Source: Thermoproteota archaeon (lineage in GTDB: Archaea > Korarchaeota > Korarchaeia > B14-G2). Taken from it: a stretch of DNA of 64,000 bases. Location: the NCBI GenBank assembly GCA_037917675.1, contig JAVCBW010000025.1, positions 4,550 through 68,549 of the forward strand, read 5' to 3'. Shown one piece after another: positions 58,839 through 64,000 of this stretch (position 1 is the first letter of the stretch; each line of letters begins with the position of its first letter). Both the position numbers and the translations under genes were made by a program. The notes beneath the pieces were generated by a model. It ran no database searches. It saw only the letters and a program-made list of their open reading frames with translations, and was not told the origin of the DNA.

Positions 58839-59175
58839 CTTGAATGATTAGTATTGCTTCAGCCAGATCCCCTTTAGCCTTCTTCAAGGCATTTATAGCA
58901 CTATCTCTGCTACATCCCGTCTGCTCTACTATGAGCCTTATGTCCTCTTCATCTATCTCAAGCTCCTCTTCCATCTCCCTTCTGACAGGTGTGCCAACTA
59001 TCTGCCACTGCTCCAGATCCTTCAGCTTGATAATAGAGACTGTAGGTGCCTCAAAAAAGTATTCAGCATCCTTAGTCTTTATGATAGCGTACTCTACATC
59101 CTTAACCTCGGTTATACTCATGCCCATCTGTTTCATGAGCCTTCTGAGCTGACGTGGGGCTAGACCGCGAGTCAT
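58822..59175 (-). CDS. nac: Nascent polypeptide-associated complex protein (NAC alpha)
   Basis: NAC domain plus a C-terminal UBA-like helix (SRDSAINALKKAKGDLAEAILII). Confidence 0.75.
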   Translation of the reverse strand: MTRGLAPRQLRRLMKQMGMSITEVKDVEYAIIKTKDAEYFFEAPTVSIIKLKDLEQWQIVGTPVRREMEEELEIDEEDIRLIVEQTGCSRDSAINALKKAKGDLAEAILIIQGGGLD

Positions 59176-59244
59176 CTACCGCACCTGACACTTATAGGAG
59201 AGCCAAATTTAAGTTGAGATAGCTAGCACCATAGTGGTGAGTAT

Positions 59245-59751
59245 GTGTTCGAATGTGAAGTCTGCGGCAGGCAAACTGATAAAGTTATCAAGAGGCAGAT
59301 TGAGGGGACCACAGTTTCTGTATGCCCCGCATGCGCAAGGTATGGAAGTAGTGTGAGCTTATTTGCTATGAAGAAAAGAGAGGCAAGACAGAGGAGGCGC
59401 CATGTTCAGGCGAGAAGGCGTAAGCTACATGCAGTGAAGGACTTGTATGAGAGGTATGAGGTCGTTGAAAACTACCATCTTATCATAAGGAGGAGGAGAG
59501 AAGAGCTTGGGATGAAGCAGAAAGACTTTGCAAAGAGACTTGGAATAAAAGAGTCGATGCTACAGAAGATGGAGGCAGGGAAGTTTATACCTGATATACC
59601 GACATGTATGAAGATAGAGGCGATACTTGGCGTCAAGATACTGAGAGAAGCTGTAGACGAAGAGGTTTTAGCTAGGTTTGAGGGAAGGGCTGAAGTAGAA
59701 CCCACGATAGGTGAGGTTCTCGAGATAAAGAGGAGAAAAGCAGGGAAGTAA
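59245..59751 (+). CDS. Archaeal multiprotein-bridging factor 1 (aMBF1): Zn-ribbon plus HTH
   Basis: N-terminal CEVCG..CPACA zinc ribbon and a C-terminal XRE-type HTH (MKQKDFAKRLGIKESMLQKME). Confidence 0.7.
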   Translation: MFECEVCGRQTDKVIKRQIEGTTVSVCPACARYGSSVSLFAMKKREARQRRRHVQARRRKLHAVKDLYERYEVVENYHLIIRRRREELGMKQKDFAKRLGIKESMLQKMEAGKFIPDIPTCMKIEAILGVKILREAVDEEVLARFEGRAEVEPTIGEVLEIKRRKAGK

Positions 59752-59814
59752 GTTAGGCAGTTGACGATCAGGTAAGGTTAAGTATCATAGGAGCTTATCA
59801 TAGTAGGGAGAGAT

Positions 59815-60336
59815 ATGAAGAACAACAGACTAGCAGAGCTCATAACGCTTCTGGTTAACGGCCATGGTGACGAGGAAATTCTGAGAGTAAGCAATGTGCT
59901 ACTAAGGGGGGAAGCTGAGGAGAGAAGGATAGCTGAAGCTGCAAATCTTAAACTTCAATTCGTGAGGAGGGCGCTCTATAAGCTCCATGAAAACCACATC
60001 GTGAAGTATAGGAAGGTCAAGGATAATGAGAAGAAGTGGTACGATGTCTTCTGGGAGCTTGATATAGAGGGGCTTAAGATGAGCTTGCGTAAGAGAGCAA
60101 ATAACGTCATAGAAACACTAACACGCAAGCTTAAGTATGAAAAAGGCAACATAATCTATGCGTGTATAAGCGATGAATCCCATCTAAGGGTATCACTTGA
60201 GCAAGCAGCTGAAAGAGACTTTAACTGCCCTATATGTGGTTCCCCCCTATATCCGAGTAATAGCGAGAAAGTTATCAATAGGCTTGAGGATGTGATCAAT
60301 AAACTTGAGCATATAGAGATGTTTGTGAGGAGGTAG
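59815..60336 (+). CDS. tfe: Transcription factor E alpha (TFE)
   Basis: Winged-helix N-terminus and a C-terminal zinc ribbon CPICGSPL. 173 aa. Confidence 0.7.
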   Translation: MKNNRLAELITLLVNGHGDEEILRVSNVLLRGEAEERRIAEAANLKLQFVRRALYKLHENHIVKYRKVKDNEKKWYDVFWELDIEGLKMSLRKRANNVIETLTRKLKYEKGNIIYACISDESHLRVSLEQAAERDFNCPICGSPLYPSNSEKVINRLEDVINKLEHIEMFVRR

Positions 60337-60496
60337 CAGCATTAGGATAACCATAGCAGATAGACTAGACATTCTTAGCTGGAGGATAGCTAAAAAGGCT
60401 TCCAGAGACTTCAAGCTATACTTAGAGAAGCTAGCAGAGAACCTCAAGATAGATGAGATTAATGTCAGAGAGTACCATGGGTGGATAGATGTAGAT

Positions 60497-61024
60497 GTGT
60501 GGGGAGAAGACGATGAAGCTTTTTGCAACTTTCTAAGCGTCAGATTTGGGAGAGTAAAGAGGATGAGAGAGGTTAAGGAGAGGGAGGCTGCTAGAGGAGT
60601 CTTTCTAGTGAGCGAGAAGGCAGAGGAAGTCGTAGGTAAGGTGTTCTTAGAGGGTAAGCCAGTACAGCTAGCTAGCAGAGGGGAAGCTAGAGGAATCCTT
60701 GAAGAAGCTTGGGTACCTATGTGGATACGAGTTTTAAGGGAGGGTAAAGAAATGCATGCTCTGCTACATGAAAGGCAAGCTAGATTCTATAGGAAAATAG
60801 CCATTGGAGGGTATGTGCAGGTTGTCATAAATGGAGTTGTATCAGAAGTAGAGAAGAGGTTGCATATGTCTGGATGCAGGGGGTTCAGGGATGGCGCATT
60901 AGTCTATCAGCTTATCTGCCCAGAGAATAGCATAGCAGACATAATAGGCCTCTTAAGAGCAGAGAAAGCCTATAGGTTTGTAGTCATACGCCCTCGAGAA
61001 ATCCTTAAGTACCTAACTAGATAG
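60497..61024 (+). CDS. Hypothetical protein (frame open further upstream; start uncertain)
   Basis: ORF only. Confidence 0.35.
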   Translation: MWGEDDEAFCNFLSVRFGRVKRMREVKEREAARGVFLVSEKAEEVVGKVFLEGKPVQLASRGEARGILEEAWVPMWIRVLREGKEMHALLHERQARFYRKIAIGGYVQVVINGVVSEVEKRLHMSGCRGFRDGALVYQLICPENSIADIIGLLRAEKAYRFVVIRPREILKYLTR

Positions 61025-61034
61025 GTGTATTGGA

Positions 61035-61145
61035 GCCGGGGTGCTCTAGAGGGTTGACCGGAGAGCCTGGTAGGAGGCAGAGGAGCCTAAGCCTGCTAAG
61101 CCTGTGGCCCTTGTGGCCGCGTGGGTTCAAATCCCACCCCCGGCG
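61035..61145 (+). tRNA. Class-II tRNA (probably Ser, anticodon GCU) with two introns
   Basis: Acceptor GCCGGGG/CCCCGGC plus G. Long variable arm TGGCCCTTGTGGCCG. T-arm GTGGGTTCAAATCCCAC. Anticodon loop CUGCUAA with a perfect stem CAG|GC/GCCUG only if a 10-nt insert between positions 29 and 30 is removed. Additional extra nucleotides lie in the D region. Confidence 0.55.
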
Positions 61146-61153
61146 CTTAAAGT

Positions 61154-61239
61154 GGGCCGGTGGTCTAGGGGTATGACTCAGCTGGCATGAAGCCGCCCTC
61201 ACGAGGCGGAGGTCGAGGGTTCGAGTCCCTCCCGGCCCA
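61154..61239 (+). tRNA. tRNA-Val (anticodon CAC) with non-canonical intron between D- and anticodon arms
   Basis: Acceptor GGGCCGG/CCGGCCC plus A. Anticodon arm CCGCC-CUCACGA-GGCGG. T-arm GAGGGTTCGAGTCCCTC. About 15 extra nt (TCAGCTGGCATGAAG) lie after the D-arm. Confidence 0.6.
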
Positions 61240-61269
61240 CTATAGGTGTGCTGCTGCTATACTACCTGT

Positions 61270-61625
61270 TACGTACTAAGTGGGCAGCGGTGGCCCCCTC
61301 AGGTGGATGAGGCTTCCCTTAGCCAGAGGCAACGTGAGGGTGATTCCACCCCTTACCTGAGAACGCCTAGTGTCCGCCTTAGGAGTGCTCTCTTCCGAGC
61401 CTCCTCCGGTTCGGCGGCAAGGAGTAGGGTGGCTCCTCTCCAGGAGCTCCTACTCCTCCACAGGCCCCTCAGGCGGTAGCTTCATCACCCCCTCACGTGC
61501 ATAGCTAGGGGAGGCCTCACCGCCCTTCGGGTTCATCTGGCCCCAGCTTAGTCTTCTGGTTACAGGGGGCGACTACACCCCCGGCCCTACCCACCGCTGC
61601 CTCTCTTCCATGGGGGAGGGGGGCT
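61270..61625 (-). ncRNA. Probable signal recognition particle RNA (7S/SRP RNA)
   Basis: About 380-nt GC-rich ORF-free region. Long-range helix GGGCAGCGGUGG (61283-61294) pairs with CCACCGCUGCC (61591-61601). Strong hairpin at 61420-61456. On the minus strand the sequence AGGCUCGGAAGAGAGCAC resembles the conserved helix-8 element AGGNCGGAA..GAGCA, lying 3' of the hairpin as expected for the helix 6 -> helix 8 order. Confidence 0.5.
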
Positions 61626-61638
61626 TATATAGCTTCCG

Positions 61639-62403
61639 CTAGAGGATCATGTTGCCTATTTTCTGTAGAGTCCTCAGTAAGCCTATTAGTGAGCCTGCTC
61701 TTTGAAATTCTAGTTTGAGTAGCAACCTCCTCAGCTCACCTATCATGCTACTAGACTTCATGGGACATTGGTGAGCTATTGGTATCTGAACAGCTTTTGT
61801 GAGTTCTATTGATAACACTTCTATAGCGGGCAATGCTAGATTTCGGTTAGAAGCCTGTGGGAGGGCTGAGGCAAGAAGAGTACGCACTAGCGGATTATGT
61901 TGCTGATAGGCTATATAGGCTAGGGCTAAGCTGCAGTATTCATCTAATGTTAATGGAATGACTGCTTTGTTGCATCCTTTTAGATCAGCGAACTCTAGTA
62001 CAGCTCTAATAACGCTGCTTATACAGGATAGACAGTCGCTTGGTGATATCGTTATGCTAGATAGCTTTATCCAGTAAGGGATGCACAGGCTAGATGCTAT
62101 AGAATGAAATGTGGTGAAGTCGATGGTATTTGGAGCTACTAGCAACGGATTAACCTTTACGAGTCTGAACTCGCTCTCTAGCTCCAGGAATAGTGATAGA
62201 AAACAAAGGTCTTCTAGGCTGGGTCTGATAGCGATAGCTATTGCATCAGTTGGTGACAGTAGCTCTAGCTTCCTGATGACTCTCCTTATAGCCCTGTCTA
62301 CTGCCTGCCTCAAACAGGGTCTGCAGTAAGCCATGCCAGAGCTTTTCTTGACGTATATAGGAGGCCTTAGCCTGCATACACTGCACTCAGAGAGCTTCAT
62401 CAA
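61639..62403 (-). CDS. PP-loop-like protein with degenerate ATP-binding motif (Ncs2/Ctu2-like paralogue of TtuA/Ncs6)
   Basis: N-terminal zinc ribbon CSVC..CRPC as in TtuA. The position of SGGKDS reads AIAIRPSLED, so the PP-loop is lost. Confidence 0.4.
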   Translation of the reverse strand: MMKLSECSVCRLRPPIYVKKSSGMAYCRPCLRQAVDRAIRRVIRKLELLSPTDAIAIAIRPSLEDLCFLSLFLELESEFRLVKVNPLLVAPNTIDFTTFHSIASSLCIPYWIKLSSITISPSDCLSCISSVIRAVLEFADLKGCNKAVIPLTLDEYCSLALAYIAYQQHNPLVRTLLASALPQASNRNLALPAIEVLSIELTKAVQIPIAHQCPMKSSSMIGELRRLLLKLEFQRAGSLIGLLRTLQKIGNMIL

Positions 62404-62420
62404 AGCACCTTCAGTTATAA

Positions 62421-63143
62421 GTGTGGGGCATCAGGTTGATAAGGATGGTGTTGCAACCTGGAAGGAAGATAGTAAGGGAGGGGGCTGAGAGAGAAGTAGT
62501 TTATACGAGGGAGCAATGGGAACTTCTCAGAAGGAAACGTGAGCTAGCTATTAGGGTTCTTAGCAAAGCACGTGAGCTCGGTATAGTTGGTGGGGGGGTT
62601 CATGGGAGTGTTGCCCGAGGAGATGTGAGCTATAAAAGCGACATAGATGTATTTTTTGTTAGAATAGTTCCTATCCCTCTCATAGAAGTCTTTAGAGATA
62701 CTATAGAGGAGGTATCGTGTGTTAAGGATGTTAAGCTCATACAGCCATGTCCAGGTAGGGCTCTGAAGCTCTATATCCATCTGGATGGAAACGTGTCGGT
62801 TTCGTTCCCGGTGACGCCACTCAGCAAAACAGAGTATGAGTTCTATAGGTTCGGTGGAGCTATCGACCTAGATGAGCTACTTAAGGGGAAGAGAGTGCCG
62901 GGAGTGAATAAGAAGCTTCTGATGATAGAGCCTACCTCCTTTGGGCATATGGAGTATCCGATAGTCGGGCGCGAGTGGATAGCTGCACAAAAACTCGGTA
63001 TCAGCATAGATACTGTCATGGAGAGAGTCAGAGTTCTCACTAGAAGAAGTGAGGTAGGTAGAACTGGTGTGTATATTGAGATCGATGTCAAAGGTAGCCT
63101 CGCTGAGGCAGTAAAGAAGGCTGTTAAAAGAAGCTGGCTGTAA
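62421..63143 (+). CDS. Pol-beta-superfamily nucleotidyltransferase domain protein
   Basis: GS-x9-DxD signature HGSVARGDVSYKSDIDVFF. Confidence 0.55.
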   Translation: MWGIRLIRMVLQPGRKIVREGAEREVVYTREQWELLRRKRELAIRVLSKARELGIVGGGVHGSVARGDVSYKSDIDVFFVRIVPIPLIEVFRDTIEEVSCVKDVKLIQPCPGRALKLYIHLDGNVSVSFPVTPLSKTEYEFYRFGGAIDLDELLKGKRVPGVNKKLLMIEPTSFGHMEYPIVGREWIAAQKLGISIDTVMERVRVLTRRSEVGRTGVYIEIDVKGSLAEAVKKAVKRSWL

Positions 63144-63191
63144 AATGCGGGTATTATATGGGAACTCGGCTCTTAGCTAAATGGGAGGATT

Positions 63192-63470
63192 TTGAGAGAA
63201 ATATTCCTACTACATCTTGTGATCTTTGCAGCAGCTAGGCTTGGAGAGGAGCCTTTTGAAGGGGTTTCAGAGAGAATCGAGAAGTTTTTCCATGGGCTAG
63301 AGCAGCTAATTCAGGACATAAAGAGCCTGTTCATGGAGCTAGGGCAGGTGCTAGCTGGAGCCCTTATAGTAATTGGAGCTATACTGTGGGCTTCAGGAGT
63401 ATTTAGGTATACTGGGTTCAGACTGATGACTGGAGGAGTCCTTCTCTTAATACTGCTCTTGCTGCTATGA
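63192..63470 (+). CDS. Small membrane protein (hypothetical)
   Basis: Two hydrophobic helices. Confidence 0.3.
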   Translation: MREIFLLHLVIFAAARLGEEPFEGVSERIEKFFHGLEQLIQDIKSLFMELGQVLAGALIVIGAILWASGVFRYTGFRLMTGGVLLLILLLLL

Positions 63471-63471
63471 C

Positions 63472-64000
63472 TCAGGATATTCTGAATCGAAGCACAGCCA
63501 TGATGCCACCAAGGTTCTCTAGCATCTCCCTGGATGGAGAATCAGAGTGTATAATCCTGTATTTACACCCAGTCTTCTCACACATTTCTAGAAGGCGTTC
63601 TATAGCATCTCTATGACTGGCCATGAGAGAAGGGCTCAGCACAACCAGCTCAGCAGCCCCATAGTAGACAGCCTGCTCCACGCTCTCAAGGCCATAAGCT
63701 ACCATATTGGGGTTCTTAGCAAGTCTCTCCAATATATTCTCAATTATCCTGTTGTCCTCTGTGATCGTGAGATCCTTGAGAACCTTCTGGAGAGAGCTAG
63801 ACCGCAGGCACTCCATTAGGCCAGGTACTCCTGTAGAAGATGCCTTTACTGCAATAAGCTTATTAGATAGAGCTGGAGCCTGCTCTCGGATCTTATCCAG
63901 CATTGTTTCCTTGAAGAACCCTGGGCCTGCTACTATGATGTAGTCAGGAGAAAGAGACCTAGCCTTCTCTATGATGGTCTTTGCGGCATCTGTTAGGCTT
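63472..64000 (-). CDS. Pelota/aRF1-family translation factor (C-terminal part; gene continues beyond window end)
   Basis: The frame stays open to position 64000 (..IIVAGPGFFKETMLDKIREQ..). The eRF1 domain-3-like segment YGLESVEQAVYYGAAELVVL. Confidence 0.6.
   Translation of the reverse strand, partial: SLTDAAKTIIEKARSLSPDYIIVAGPGFFKETMLDKIREQAPALSNKLIAVKASSTGVPGLMECLRSSSLQKVLKDLTITEDNRIIENILERLAKNPNMVAYGLESVEQAVYYGAAELVVLSPSLMASHRDAIERLLEMCEKTGCKYRIIHSDSPSREMLENLGGIMAVLRFRIS

Noticed and set aside
61017-61202. 61-aa minus-strand ORF
   Set aside because: It lies entirely over two tRNA genes on the opposite strand and is spurious.
62421-63143. Nucleotidyltransferase as the MNT half of a HEPN/MNT toxin-antitoxin pair
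   Set aside because: At 240 aa with an extra C-terminal domain it is too large for a minimal MNT antitoxin, and no HEPN (Rx4-6H) partner is adjacent.
1-64000. CRISPR array or cas genes, restriction-modification or other defence island
   Set aside because: No regularly spaced direct repeats and no cas-, RM- or toxin-like signatures were seen. The only mobile-element trace is the IS607 remnant.

Overview
The window reads as a chromosomal segment from a hyperthermophilic crenarchaeon, most likely Thermoproteales-like, judged from the sequence alone. Three observations support that assignment: a clear crenactin (archaeal actin) gene, tRNA genes carrying several introns at non-canonical positions, and a cbf5 gene split by a short intron. 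All three are inferred by eye and none was computed or searched. The middle third (about 24.3-44.4 kb, minus strand) is a large conserved cluster of ribosomal protein, RNA polymerase and secretion genes. In order it encodes L21e, RpoF, Pus10, SRP54, aIF5A, S9, L13, L18e, tRNA-Leu, RpoD, an unexpected 323-aa insertion, S11, S4, S13, tRNA-Ser, intron-containing cbf5, L14e, L34e, a DUF106 membrane protein, SecY, L15, L30, S5, L18, L19e, L32e, L6, S8, S14, L5, S4e, L24, L14, S17, Rpp29, L29, S3 and L22. The 5' third holds DNA and RNA maintenance and modification genes: Ogt, a Trm11-like tRNA methyltransferase, a TtuB-like ubiquitin-like protein fused in an operon with a TtuA/Ncs6-type tRNA thiolase and flanked by two PflA/PflX-like radical SAM enzymes, a NOG1-like GTPase, a site-2 protease, the proteasome beta subunit and EndoQ. 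It also holds a type-IV-pilus/archaellum-like (TFF) locus with two ATPases, a KaiC-like FlaH, a TadC-like membrane protein and a repeat-containing coiled-coil protein. Downstream of that lies crenactin with a small downstream protein and a MinD/ParA ATPase, then RtcA, NMNAT and a PilT-family ATPase. The 3' third begins at a degraded IS607-family serine recombinase remnant. It then contains a GT4 glycosyltransferase, a family-B DNA polymerase with the PolB3-like YGDTDS motif, the archaeal HMG-CoA synthase / thiolase / DUF35 mevalonate module, a decayed ABC-transporter pair, a metallophosphoesterase, an FAD dehydrogenase, HIT, NAC-alpha, MBF1 and TFE-alpha. It ends with two multi-intron tRNAs, a probable SRP (7S) RNA on the minus strand, a degenerate PP-loop (Ncs2/Ctu2-like) protein, a nucleotidyltransferase and a partial Pelota/aRF1-family gene at the window edge. 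No CRISPR array or recognisable defence island was found.
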